64,000 bases of DNA, from the NCBI GenBank assembly GCA_963662285.2, contig CAXXMV010000006.1, positions 1,833,100 to 1,897,099 of the forward strand, in the 5' to 3' direction. The notes under the pieces were generated by a model. The model was not told the DNA's origin. It saw only the letters and a program-made list of their open reading frames with translations, and did not search any database. The DNA comes from a bacterium (GTDB lineage Bacteria; Hinthialibacterota; Hinthialibacteria; Hinthialibacterales; Hinthialibacteraceae). The position numbers were made by a program, and so were the translations under genes. Shown piece by piece: positions 49,039 through 59,268 of this stretch. Position 1 is the first letter of the stretch. Each line of letters starts with the position of its first letter.

Positions 49039-50625
49039 CTAATACAGTTCCCATATAACGCAGTTGGAAGGTTGAACTGAAATATCAGGAAAATCTTCGA
49101 CAAGCCGGGGAGCATATTGCTCAATAAGATCATACTCATCATTGAATAATCTTGAACTAGTTACAATTCCATTATTTCCTATGTGTAATTGCAATTCAGA
49201 TGAGAGTTCGTATTGAGGCCATTCAGGCAGCCCTTCTCCATTGGGATCGCCTGTGGCAGCGAAATTCACCCAGTATCGCCGCATAATTTTGCTTAATTCA
49301 CGGTCGGCTTCCAGAAATCCCAACTCTTCCCAAACATTGCCGAAAACATACTCTACCTCAACTCCGTGATAACACATGTCCCACATGTTAGGAATATAGG
49401 AGAAATAATAGTTATATACTGGTAATCCTTTTCCGCCAAAACTACGGGCAAGATAGCGGTCCGGCTCGCCAAACATGAAATGGGTAATCAATGCTGCTTG
49501 AATATAAGGCGTTTCCTGGTTATTAGAAACAGGGAAACCTTCAAATATAGATTCTGCATCATCCCCAAAAAAGTAGTCAAGCCACATCATATAATCTTCA
49601 ATTGTTCCGTTTTCATCCGCCCACATAGCGCCGTCATCGCTGTTAATGCCCAGTAGCAAGGGAACTGGATTCACCAGCTCTGAATCCCACATTTTCCTAG
49701 GAGTAGTTGGATAGCACCACCCATCCATAGTAGGACCAAATTGCATATCTTTAACGGCAAGCAAAAGATCATCTATAGAAGCGGCTCTCATATCTTCTAT
49801 GGGATTATCGGAATTTTCTAAACCAAGGCGTTTTTGTATCTCATAACCATTCTGTTCGGCTTGCTTCCAGGAACCATTGGCTTCTGAACTTACTACCATA
49901 TTACCAATCAGCGTACCGCTTTCAACAATAGCGCGATCAAAAAGTCCCTGCGCCAAGGGACAATTCAACAACAAAGAAACGCTAGAAGCTCCAGCGGATT
50001 CACCAAAAACCGTTACGCAATCCGGATCGCCGCCAAATTGAGCGATGTTGTCTTGCACCCATTGCAATGCGGCTATCTGATCCAGGACGCCATAATTGCC
50101 TGCTACTTTAGGGCTGGTTTCATTACGAAGATCAGGATGAACCATAAAACCAAAGACGCCAAGCCGATAGTTTAATGTAACTACGATTACCCCTTCAGAT
50201 GCCAATGTACTTCCTTCGTAATGATATTGAGAACCAGAACCCATTAAAAAAGCGCTGCCATGAATCCAGACCATCACAGGCAATGGTTCCTCATTAGTCG
50301 CTGCTGGAGTCCAGATATTTAAGAATAAACAGTCTTCACTCATGTTAGAATCGCCGATCAAATCTAAAAACCAATCTTTAATTTGAGGGCATACAGACCC
50401 GAATTGATCACATACAAGCGGATTAGTCCAGGGGATATGAGGCTGAGGCGCTTTCCAGCGCAGTTCACCAACTGGAGGCGCTGCGTATGGGATGCCCTTA
50501 AAAATTCTCAATCCATTTTCTTCAATCCCCACTATGGGACCTGCATTAGTTTGAATCTCTTCTGTTTGGGTAGCATTGACGATTAGGGGAAAAACTAAAG
50601 TTAACAACATTGCATAGATTTTCAT
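49039..50625 (-). CDS. Secreted type-B carboxylesterase with C-terminal tail SNCVIWELY
   Basis: FKGIPYAAPPVGELRW, SEDCLFLNIW, NYRLG, FGESAG, YHG.E, W.NFA.TGDPN. Confidence 0.92.
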   Translation of the reverse strand: MKIYAMLLTLVFPLIVNATQTEEIQTNAGPIVGIEENGLRIFKGIPYAAPPVGELRWKAPQPHIPWTNPLVCDQFGSVCPQIKDWFLDLIGDSNMSEDCLFLNIWTPAATNEEPLPVMVWIHGSAFLMGSGSQYHYEGSTLASEGVIVVTLNYRLGVFGFMVHPDLRNETSPKVAGNYGVLDQIAALQWVQDNIAQFGGDPDCVTVFGESAGASSVSLLLNCPLAQGLFDRAIVESGTLIGNMVVSSEANGSWKQAEQNGYEIQKRLGLENSDNPIEDMRAASIDDLLLAVKDMQFGPTMDGWCYPTTPRKMWDSELVNPVPLLLGINSDDGAMWADENGTIEDYMMWLDYFFGDDAESIFEGFPVSNNQETPYIQAALITHFMFGEPDRYLARSFGGKGLPVYNYYFSYIPNMWDMCYHGVEVEYVFGNVWEELGFLEADRELSKIMRRYWVNFAATGDPNGEGLPEWPQYELSSELQLHIGNNGIVTSSRLFNDEYDLIEQYAPRLVEDFPDISVQPSNCVIWELY

Positions 50626-50769
50626 TTTTTTATCCTTGATGTTCTAGTAAAAATGGTGAAAAATAAAAGGATTCCGGTTAAAGATGAGTCGGCGAAAATT
50701 GAATGAAATTTTTCATATTCATAATAATTGATCCATTGAATATATATTACAAGCGCAATAATTCATGAA

Positions 50770-51462
50770 TCATTCTGATTGTAAAATTTCTTTAAATATT
50801 TCTTCATATTCTTCTTTTGATCTTCCCCCAACGAATTGATGCGCTTTTTTGCCGTCTGCATCATAAATAATGGTAAAAGGCATTGCTCCCATCCACTTAT
50901 CATCAATGGCGGAATTGATTTTTTTCTGATCCTCTTCCTGAAGGATAAAGGTCTCAAATTGGACTTTTAATTCTTTCATAACCTGGGGAACCTTATCGTT
51001 CGAGCCAGCCAACTTATCGCATGACGCCACTATAAAATCTATTTTATCCCCATACTCTTTTTGCAATTCGACAATATGAGGAAACTCCTGGATGCATGGT
51101 ATGCACCATATAGCCCAGAAATTGAGAAATAATGGTTTATTGTTTCGTTCGGAAATTCTCTTAAGAAGATCATCCAAAGATATATTAACAGCGGCTTTTT
51201 CATAATCAAAATTATCGGTTTCTTCCGCAACCTGGGCTATATTGGATGGTTCAACCTTTTTTGAAGCAACCTGGGATTGGGCTTCTGAAGATTTATCTTT
51301 TTGGTTAAGAATTATTGTGGGAGTGGCTTTGGGCTGTGCAGAGATATTTATTTCAGATTTATCCGATTCTCCACATGAAAGCAACCATAAACTGGAAAAA
51401 ATAATTAAGCAAAATGGTAATATGATTCGTAAATTTTTCATTTTAATAACATTCCTTCGCAA
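50770..51462 (-). CDS. TlpA/ResA-like thioredoxin lipoprotein
   Basis: Lipobox LLSC; LNFWAIWCIPC..EFP; cis-Pro AMPFT. Confidence 0.88.
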   Translation of the reverse strand: MRRNVIKMKNLRIILPFCLIIFSSLWLLSCGESDKSEINISAQPKATPTIILNQKDKSSEAQSQVASKKVEPSNIAQVAEETDNFDYEKAAVNISLDDLLKRISERNNKPLFLNFWAIWCIPCIQEFPHIVELQKEYGDKIDFIVASCDKLAGSNDKVPQVMKELKVQFETFILQEEDQKKINSAIDDKWMGAMPFTIIYDADGKKAHQFVGGRSKEEYEEIFKEILQSE

Positions 51463-51649
51463 TATAAATTCATAATATATAAATCTTAAACGAAATGACT
51501 GTATGATTATAACGCATTATTCTGGAAATGCAGTGATAGGCAGCTGCGAGAGTTGAAGCATTGTAAGGGCATGGTAAAGTATATTCTAGATGTTGCTGAA
51601 CGTCAGCATCATTTCTAAAACGACCTTATTAGACGATAAAAGGAATATT

Positions 51650-52513
51650 ATGACTGCTCAGATTTTAGATGGCAAAGCTCTCGCAAAAACTATCCGCGAA
51701 GAATTGAAAACCGATGTGGAGAAATTCGTTAGCGAAACCTCTAGCCAACCCGGACTAGCTGTGATTCTAGTTGGAGAAAATCCTGCATCTCAAGTCTATG
51801 TCCGCAACAAGGGCAAAGCATGCAAAGACGCAGGGATGAAATCGGTCGAACACAAACTGCCTGAAGATACTTCACAGGATAAAGTCATTGCGCTAATCGA
51901 TGAGCTGAACGCTGATCCTACTATCCACGGGATTCTAGCCCAATTGCCGCTTCCTGATCATATAGATGATCAACTGGTGCAGCAACGCATTGATCCGATG
52001 AAGGATGTTGATGGCTTCCACCCGGTCAATGTAGGTAAATTATGGAATGGTGAGGAAAGTTTGATTCCCTGCACTCCCTTAGGCGTTATCGAAATACTTA
52101 AACGCGCCGGTATTACAATGAAAGGTAAACATGCGGTTATTGTCGGGCGCAGCAATATCGTTGGCAAACCAATGGCTTGTCTGCTGATGAGGGAACATGC
52201 CACCATTACGGTCTGTCATTCACGCACCCAAGACCTGGCTGGCGTATGCCGAACCGCCGATATCCTGGTTGCGGCTACCGGGATGATGCGAATGATCAAA
52301 GGCGATTGGATAAAACCGGGCGCCGTAGTGATTGACGTCGGCGTCAGTTTCGAGGAAATAGATGGTAAATACAAGCAGGTTGGTGATGTTGACCGTGAAG
52401 CTGCAATGGAGACGGCAGGCTATCTCAGCCCATCCCCCGGTGGACCTGGTCCCATGACTATCGCCATGCTGTTATGCAACACCCTGAAAGCCGCCCGTAT
52501 GCAAAACGCTTAG
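51650..52513 (+). CDS. folD: Bifunctional methylenetetrahydrofolate dehydrogenase/cyclohydrolase
   Basis: ILDGK, YVRNK, GILAQLPLP, KDVDGFHP, PCTP.G, GRSNIVGKP, PGG.GPMT. Probable start is ATG 51650. Confidence 0.97.
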   Translation: MTAQILDGKALAKTIREELKTDVEKFVSETSSQPGLAVILVGENPASQVYVRNKGKACKDAGMKSVEHKLPEDTSQDKVIALIDELNADPTIHGILAQLPLPDHIDDQLVQQRIDPMKDVDGFHPVNVGKLWNGEESLIPCTPLGVIEILKRAGITMKGKHAVIVGRSNIVGKPMACLLMREHATITVCHSRTQDLAGVCRTADILVAATGMMRMIKGDWIKPGAVVIDVGVSFEEIDGKYKQVGDVDREAAMETAGYLSPSPGGPGPMTIAMLLCNTLKAARMQNA

Positions 52514-52616
52514 AAATAGATCACTAAGTTCTCTCTCCTGTGGGGATAATCTTTACCTACAAATATCAATATGGGAGATTATTAGAAATCCAATTATCTG
52601 AATATAGGATAATATT

Positions 52617-52654
52617 GGGCGCCAAGGGCAGTGAATTTTCTGCCCTTGGCGCCC
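52617..52654. repeat. GC-rich perfect palindrome (REP-like or terminator)
   Basis: GGGCGCCAAGGGCAG-N8-CTGCCCTTGGCGCCC between convergent genes; a related copy is at 23603. Confidence 0.65.
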
Positions 52655-52724
52655 TTATTGATCTATTCATAGCAATTTCTTTTGGTTAAGATCAGCCCTT
52701 CGGGTGAAAGTGAGAGCGAAATTC

Positions 52725-53468
52725 TCATATCAGTTTTTTAATCTCATCCCGGATGCTTGCTGCGGTTTGGTAGTCTTCCAGTTCAACCGCTTGCCGCATT
52801 TTTTCTCTGAGTTGACTGATCGGATTCACTCTCCAGTTTGAGCGGATTTCATCAGCGAAACTATTCAGAAAAACAATTTCGCTGCATTTATTGGTCAATT
52901 CCGGATGTTGCAACTCATTGAAAAAGATATCGATCCTTTCAATGGCGTCTTCGATATATTCAATTGCTTCATCGGGTTGGTTTTTCTCAAGCATTCTATT
53001 AGCAACCGCACGCGTATTCATCATAATCACATACGGCCTGTAGCGCTCAAGATAAAATCGATCTTCTTCAATTTCCGCATATTTATTGATTAAATCAAAA
53101 ACTTTCAAGTTATGGGCTGTATCCTTTTCCACTGCCTCGTATTTCTGTAAATGGTAAAGGCTTAAATAACGATAATAATATTGGAGCGATTCGTTTTGCA
53201 GCAAAGCGCAATCATCCGGGTCTAACGAGAATCCTGCATCATCCCCGAATTGCTTGATATGGTCTTCTAGTTGCGCTTGATAATATTCCAGAAACGATTC
53301 ATATCCATGAGGACGTTCTCCATCAGGGCGTCCGTAAAACTCCATTTGCAGCAATCCCAAATCTAAGCGCATCTGAATTTTTTTAGACTTATCACGTCCA
53401 TCAACAATTCGGACATTAACTTCTTCTGGAATGTATTCCCATTCTTTCAGTATTTTAGAGATATCCAT
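52725..53468 (-). CDS. UvrB/UvrC motif-containing conserved protein
   Basis: KIQMRLDLGLLQME..GRPDG.RP; C-terminal UVR motif M.QAVELEDY..AA.IRDEI. Confidence 0.8.
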   Translation of the reverse strand: MDISKILKEWEYIPEEVNVRIVDGRDKSKKIQMRLDLGLLQMEFYGRPDGERPHGYESFLEYYQAQLEDHIKQFGDDAGFSLDPDDCALLQNESLQYYYRYLSLYHLQKYEAVEKDTAHNLKVFDLINKYAEIEEDRFYLERYRPYVIMMNTRAVANRMLEKNQPDEAIEYIEDAIERIDIFFNELQHPELTNKCSEIVFLNSFADEIRSNWRVNPISQLREKMRQAVELEDYQTAASIRDEIKKLI

Positions 53469-53516
53469 AGCGCCCCTCTTCTCTACTTAGTAAAATGACA
53501 ATATCTATGTTAGATT

Positions 53517-54434
53517 TTACAAAACATATGCAATAGCAATTCCAAGTTGACCAACTAGCATCATTAAATACATATGTTTCCATGAGACATGATTATCCTC
53601 AGTGGCAAGCTCTGATGGACGACGAACAATCAAGTAAGCCACATAGACGCCCCAAAATACCAGTATCGTCGATAATCCTAACAATATTAATGGATTACCG
53701 TTCAAATAACCAAGAAATGTTCCCACAAACATCAGAATGAATGGCAGTACAAAAAATGGTGAAATAATCTTTGCCGAACAATCGATGCCGAATTTAATCG
53801 GCAGCGTTATGCAGCCGCCAGCTCTATCTCCTTCAATATCAGCGAAATCTTTAGTGGTTGCTGCGCCGAATATATAAAGTCCGAAAATTCCGCCTAATAA
53901 CCAGGGTTCAACTTCCCACATACTGCGCACCGCTGTCCAGCCCGCCACCACTAAAAGACACCCTCTGGGTATGGCGATAGTCAAATTCGCCCAGAACCAG
54001 GACCGCTTGGTTCGTAGAGGTGGTCCGGAATAAGCGTATGTTACAATCGCGGTAAACATTACGATCCAGAAAAACTGCCAGCTGACAAGAAATGCCAGGG
54101 TAAACGAAATGCAATAAAGTATAAAACAAAAAATCATCGCATTTTTAATGGTAATCCTTTTCGAAGGCAGCGGTCTGGTTGGCTTATTTATGCAATCAAT
54201 CGCCAAATCAAAGTATTGATTAATGATATTTGAAGCGGCGTTCAGAATCGATGCTGAAAGAGCTCCAAATATTATCTGAGGTAATACTGAAATCAAAGAT
54301 GTATCTTCTAATTTGCTCCATCCGGCGATTGCAAATGCAATAAATCCAAGAGATGGCGCTAGTAAAGTAAAAGGTCTACATAATTCCCAATAAATTGATG
54401 CCGTATTTTCCGTCAAATCCTGATTAGAACTCAT
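53517..54434 (-). CDS. UbiA superfamily prenyltransferase
   Basis: NQYFDLAIDCINKPTRPLPS, YSGPPLRTKR, KDFADIEGD...TLP; multi-TM. Confidence 0.9.
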   Translation of the reverse strand: MSSNQDLTENTASIYWELCRPFTLLAPSLGFIAFAIAGWSKLEDTSLISVLPQIIFGALSASILNAASNIINQYFDLAIDCINKPTRPLPSKRITIKNAMIFCFILYCISFTLAFLVSWQFFWIVMFTAIVTYAYSGPPLRTKRSWFWANLTIAIPRGCLLVVAGWTAVRSMWEVEPWLLGGIFGLYIFGAATTKDFADIEGDRAGGCITLPIKFGIDCSAKIISPFFVLPFILMFVGTFLGYLNGNPLILLGLSTILVFWGVYVAYLIVRRPSELATEDNHVSWKHMYLMMLVGQLGIAIAYVL

Positions 54435-54780
54435 TTTTATTTCCTTTTACTTATTATTAATAAGATTAAAAATGATTAGAATTGCTTAAATATCGCTTCT
54501 CTATATAACTTGATAACTATGATTACCTTAACCGGTAAAAATATCAATATCTGTTTAACGAATGGTAGAGTTATGAATTACAAAAAAAAAACTCTTTATA
54601 GTCATTAATGCGGTTATTTAACCTCATATTTGGCAAAAAAACCACATGTTTTTCTTGACGTTTTATACCAATTGATCCTATTATTAGAATAATCATAATA
54701 TCATATATCCTCATCTGATGATAATATATGTATTAATAACATATTTACTTCTTCTTTTTTAGAAGAAGGGAGATTTTTAA

Positions 54781-56130
54781 GTGCGTTGTAGTAATGTATT
54801 GATCTTTATTGCTTTAACCTTATTTGGACAAATATCTATCGCTGATGTCGATAATGTCGATATCGGCGGTGAGATCATGTTTGAATATTTTTGGGGTAAT
54901 GAGTTTGATTTGAGGCCTGATTTTAATGATGAAATAAATTTCTTTCGCCCCGAATTAGATCTGTGGCTTCAGGTTGATCTTGAAGACAACATAATGTTCA
55001 GGATAGCGCTTGAAGGTGATCGCAAACTGAATTCTATGGAATTTGGCAATTACAATCAATTACTAAATAATGACTATAATTTTGAATTATTCGCTGAAGA
55101 AGCTTATATAAAAGCCTCGGATATATTAAGTTCGGGATTTTTTGTTTCCATCGGTCGCCAATTCCTCAATTATGGTGATGACGTTAATTCAGATGATTTC
55201 AACCGTTGGTGGGGTCCAGGATTGATAATCGCCGACTCCAACGCTTATGATCCATTGCTCTTAAGCCAGTTAGGCGAACATGAAATCGATCCATTCGACG
55301 CTATAGTAGTATCTTATCAGACCGAGTATACCAGTTTTGATCTGCTTCACGCCGGTGACTTGGGAGACAATTTCATAAGTCCTAACAAAGTAATAGATAA
55401 CGATGCTACCTTATCTGCATTATACGCCTCCTACTTTGGCATTGAAAACCACCAGTTTGATCTATATGCCGCATTAAGCGATCAAGATGGCGCTCCGGGG
55501 ACAATAGGTTTCGATGCAGAGAAGTGGATTATCGGTGGACGATCTGCTGGTGACATATCAGAAGAAATCGCTTATAAAGCTGAATTAGCCTATCAATTCG
55601 AAGACAATAATAAGAATGTTAATCTCGAAGCTGATGCTTTTAATCTTCAAGCGGGAATCAATTATCATCCAAACCTCAACTTAAGACCCAATTTTGGTTT
55701 GTTGTATACCTTCCTGCAGCAAGACGGCCTGGATCATTCAATGAGCGGATTCTCTTCTCCATTTAAGGGTAAAGTATATGGAGAGTTGTTTGAAGGTCTG
55801 ACCAGATTTATGGATCGGGGAGGCAACGTTAATCCTTTCACTAATATGCATGTTCTCAACTTTTCCGGGGGATTCGAACCTGTTAATGATATTGCGCTCT
55901 CCCTTGATCTGTATTTCTTCTTTTTAGATGAAGAGATTGACGCACTCACCAGCACCTCCGACGAAGATGCTGGTTTTGAAATAGATTCTCAAATCGATTA
56001 TCAATTCAACGATAATCTCAGAACCTTTTTCGGCGGCGGCGTTTTCATCCCCGGTGATGCGGTGGAAGAAATATTCATGGATGATGATGAGGCTTATTTC
56101 TTTCGCGCTGGTTTCAAGGTTTCATTTTAA
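54781..56130 (+). CDS. Outer-membrane beta-barrel (alginate-export-like porin)
   Basis: Signal peptide; EEAYI...IGRQ..YGD; G.EID...DY; C-terminal ..GFKVSF BAM signal. Confidence 0.7.
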   Translation: MRCSNVLIFIALTLFGQISIADVDNVDIGGEIMFEYFWGNEFDLRPDFNDEINFFRPELDLWLQVDLEDNIMFRIALEGDRKLNSMEFGNYNQLLNNDYNFELFAEEAYIKASDILSSGFFVSIGRQFLNYGDDVNSDDFNRWWGPGLIIADSNAYDPLLLSQLGEHEIDPFDAIVVSYQTEYTSFDLLHAGDLGDNFISPNKVIDNDATLSALYASYFGIENHQFDLYAALSDQDGAPGTIGFDAEKWIIGGRSAGDISEEIAYKAELAYQFEDNNKNVNLEADAFNLQAGINYHPNLNLRPNFGLLYTFLQQDGLDHSMSGFSSPFKGKVYGELFEGLTRFMDRGGNVNPFTNMHVLNFSGGFEPVNDIALSLDLYFFFLDEEIDALTSTSDEDAGFEIDSQIDYQFNDNLRTFFGGGVFIPGDAVEEIFMDDDEAYFFRAGFKVSF

Positions 56131-56283
56131 TTTTAACGGTTGCATCGTTTTTTGATAATATTTTTATTGAAATCACTATATCAAAAAATCATATTACCTG
56201 GCGGCGTTATGCCGCCATTTCTAATTTTATAGTATTCTTATTACAGTTGGTGATATACTGTATTGGTTGGAAAGGTTGATCTC

Positions 56284-57093
56284 ATGCCCATTGTTCATTC
56301 AGAAGTAATTACTTTACGTAGACGTCGCACTCGTGATGCGGATGCGCTGGTTACTATGTTGAGTGAAACTATGGGGATCATCACCGCATCAACCCGAAGC
56401 GTCATGAAAACCACTAGCCGGTATGCAGGTATATCTCAGCCTTTTAACCGGTTAGATGCAGTTTTTTACGCTAAAAATGAAGATCAAGATATCTGGACTC
56501 TTACCCAGGCGTCGCTCATTGAATCTTTTAACTCTATTCAAAATGATTTAAACCGCATTGCCTACGCTTCTGACCTATGCGAATGGGTGGAAACTTTGAG
56601 TAAAGATACTCAAACCTCATCACGAATATGGCAAATCGTGATGAATTTCTTAAAACGGTGGAATCAGCAAGAGCCATGTAAAGAAGACTTACTATTTTTT
56701 CAGTTTCACTTACTGGTTGATGCCGGATTCAAACCGGGCATCGATATCTGCCTTAAATGCGGTAAAGAGCGCTCGCATAACTGGCGATATATTGTCAGTG
56801 AGGGAGGACTACTCTGCTCATCATGCGGAAGCAATGGTTTTACTATCAGCGGCGGCGCTATCGAAATATTGCGTAGAATGATGCATAGCCAGCAACCCTT
56901 ATCAAATATACGGATTTCACCGCAACAGATAAATGAAATCGATAAACTACTGCAAGAACACGCTTCCTATTACGCCGGACTGCAATCCCGTTCAGCAATT
57001 TTCCATAATAACTTGGAGAATATCCAAGATTCTGATACAAAGATCGAAGCAGCTATAAATAACAAACGTTTTGTAGAGGGCATGGGAATATGA
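56284..57093 (+). CDS. recO: DNA repair protein RecO
   Basis: N-terminal OB-fold (DADALVTMLS..G), QPF, GFKP..CLKCG...GGLLCSSC Zn finger. Confidence 0.88.
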   Translation: MPIVHSEVITLRRRRTRDADALVTMLSETMGIITASTRSVMKTTSRYAGISQPFNRLDAVFYAKNEDQDIWTLTQASLIESFNSIQNDLNRIAYASDLCEWVETLSKDTQTSSRIWQIVMNFLKRWNQQEPCKEDLLFFQFHLLVDAGFKPGIDICLKCGKERSHNWRYIVSEGGLLCSSCGSNGFTISGGAIEILRRMMHSQQPLSNIRISPQQINEIDKLLQEHASYYAGLQSRSAIFHNNLENIQDSDTKIEAAINNKRFVEGMGI

Positions 57094-58409
57094 AAAAGAT
57101 ATTTATCCTTGGAATTGGACCAATTTCCATAGAATCCACCAATAAATTTCATGGCGGCGGTAATCGAGCCTGGCATTTTACCAAACCTCTGATTGATGAT
57201 GGTTTTGAGGTTATCCTGGTCTGTATGCGCATTACCGACCGCAATAATCCCAACCAAGAAGATGAAACTTGCCTGAAAGAAGAAAACCTGACCTACTACA
57301 GCGTTGATGAAATTAAATGTTTCGCCAATGATGATTATCTGCGTAATCTTATAGCAAAACATAAGCCCGACGCCCTGATCGGCTGTTGCGACTATCCCGC
57401 AGCCCGCGCTGCTTTTGTCTGTGGTGACATCCCTATGTGGGCTGATATTCATGGGTATCCCATGGGTGAAGCGCAAGCTAAAACATATCACTATCAGGAA
57501 TCCGGCTTTCTACATCATTTCTGGAATATACACCGCATCCCTCTGTTACGCGCCGATCATTTTTCGGTTACATCCGAACGGCAAAGAATGGCCTTGATCG
57601 GCGAGTTAGGCGCCATGGGAAGACTTAATCAATATAACTTTGCTGAAGAACTCGCCGCCACCATTCCCATCGCATGGAATCCCGAAACTCCCTACCTTCC
57701 ACGGCAACGCCAAAAAGATGATCCATTTGTAGTATTCTTCAGCGGCGGTTATAACCTCTGGTGTGATATTGATACTTTGTTTAAAGCCTTGGAAAACGCC
57801 ATGGAGCGAGATAGCCGAATCCGTTTTCTTTCCACCGGGGGCGCTATTGAAGGGCATGATGACATAACCTATCCCCGGTTTCTCAATCTTGTGAATCAGT
57901 CGCGTTTCCGGGATAGATTTGAATTAAAAGGGTGGGTATCAAAAGAAGATTTGGAAACTTGCATGAACCAGGCTCATCTGGGAATAAGTACTGACCTTCC
58001 CTGCTATGAAACCAAAATCGGCGCCCGTAACCGATTGACTGAATTCATGGCGCGCGGCATCCCTATCCTGACCACTCTGGGTACGGAAATTAGTCAAATA
58101 ATTTTCTATAAAGGATTAGCTTTTACGGTTCCCATGCAAAATCCCATTGCTCTGGCTAATGAGATTATTCTTGCCGCTGACCATCCTGATAAACTGAACC
58201 GGATGACGGATGACGCCCGTAACTATTTCGAGTCGCAATTTACATATAATGCAACAACCAAAGAGTTGATCGAATGGTGTAAGAATCCTGGCCATAGTGG
58301 GGATTTCGGGCGTCACATACAATTGGATTATCGTAATCCCTTTATTTCCTCTAAACCATCCACTGGTCTGCGGGGAAAACTGAAGCGTTTATTCAAACCT
58401 ATCCATTAA
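57090..58409 (+). CDS. Glycosyltransferase family 4 (GT-B)
   Basis: GGGNRAW, GGYNLW.D, GWVS, RL.EFMA.G.P.LTT; ATGA overlap with recO. Confidence 0.75.
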   Translation: MKKIFILGIGPISIESTNKFHGGGNRAWHFTKPLIDDGFEVILVCMRITDRNNPNQEDETCLKEENLTYYSVDEIKCFANDDYLRNLIAKHKPDALIGCCDYPAARAAFVCGDIPMWADIHGYPMGEAQAKTYHYQESGFLHHFWNIHRIPLLRADHFSVTSERQRMALIGELGAMGRLNQYNFAEELAATIPIAWNPETPYLPRQRQKDDPFVVFFSGGYNLWCDIDTLFKALENAMERDSRIRFLSTGGAIEGHDDITYPRFLNLVNQSRFRDRFELKGWVSKEDLETCMNQAHLGISTDLPCYETKIGARNRLTEFMARGIPILTTLGTEISQIIFYKGLAFTVPMQNPIALANEIILAADHPDKLNRMTDDARNYFESQFTYNATTKELIEWCKNPGHSGDFGRHIQLDYRNPFISSKPSTGLRGKLKRLFKPIH

Positions 58410-58412
58410 AAA

Positions 58413-58883
58413 TCATAATTGAACTGATGTTTCAGGTTGATCTTTTTCCTTTAAGATACGTGGTTTTGTGTTCAAATGTCCCGTAAACGCTTTCTTCTTC
58501 ACCATTTGTAATAAGATTTCATGATGATGATTCGGTCTGCGCATAACTTTTTTATAAAACTTATCGAACTCATTTTCATTCTTCAGAATATCAGATGGAT
58601 TTTTATATCTGTATTTTCTCGCATTAATTCGTATGATGCTGGCTTCTTCATGCGACAGTTGATATTTATTCATGAGTAACTCAAAACTATCCCATTCCGA
58701 GGATACTTTCCGAATTTTCATATAGACTTTGAGCACAGCAGTAAGGAGGATAACGGCGAAGATTACTAATACAATTACAATGGCGGGTAAGATCAACCAT
58801 CCAAATCCAGTAGTCGTACTATAATTGCTGATTCCATCTGAATCGATGCTTATAAAGCGATAATCCCACAACATGATATTCAC
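58413..58883 (-). CDS. Hypothetical single-TM protein
   Basis: 156-aa ORF with one hydrophobic helix; GAGG upstream. Confidence 0.6.
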   Translation of the reverse strand: MNIMLWDYRFISIDSDGISNYSTTTGFGWLILPAIVIVLVIFAVILLTAVLKVYMKIRKVSSEWDSFELLMNKYQLSHEEASIIRINARKYRYKNPSDILKNENEFDKFYKKVMRRPNHHHEILLQMVKKKAFTGHLNTKPRILKEKDQPETSVQL

Positions 58884-59268
58884 CTCTTCTATAACACAAA
58901 CGTTTAATTAGCATTGTTGGGCAACCTCTTTTATCACACTCTTCAAAATGATGAAATAAATATTAATTGTTTATATATATTATATCATAATAATAAAAAA
59001 ATGTTGATTATTCTCGCTAGATCGATTTAATATTTCCTTTAAGACATTAAAACCATCTAAATAACGCGCCATTTTGGCGCGATATCTGAACTGATATTAC
59101 TCAAGGTCTAATGGTTTTTTCTTTATATCATTATTATAAATCATTTAATTTATGGTTTTTACTACTATTTTCATGAAATATAAATAATTATTGAATTCTT
59201 GCATGCTATTTGCTCTTAAAATATCAACATAATGTTTTATATAGAAAGTAGTAGTAAAGAGGTGCAAT

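Noticed and set aside
51470-51650. ZTP or THF riboswitch upstream of folD
   Set aside because: Only a short hairpin (TGCTGA-ACG-TCAGCA) is present; I did not find the conserved motifs of either class.
59195-59216. Sigma54 promoter or CIRCE/CtsR site upstream of clpB
   Set aside because: TTGCATGCTATTTGCT lacks the invariant -24 GG. No TTAGCACTC-N9-GAGTGCTAA or CtsR heptad repeat was seen.
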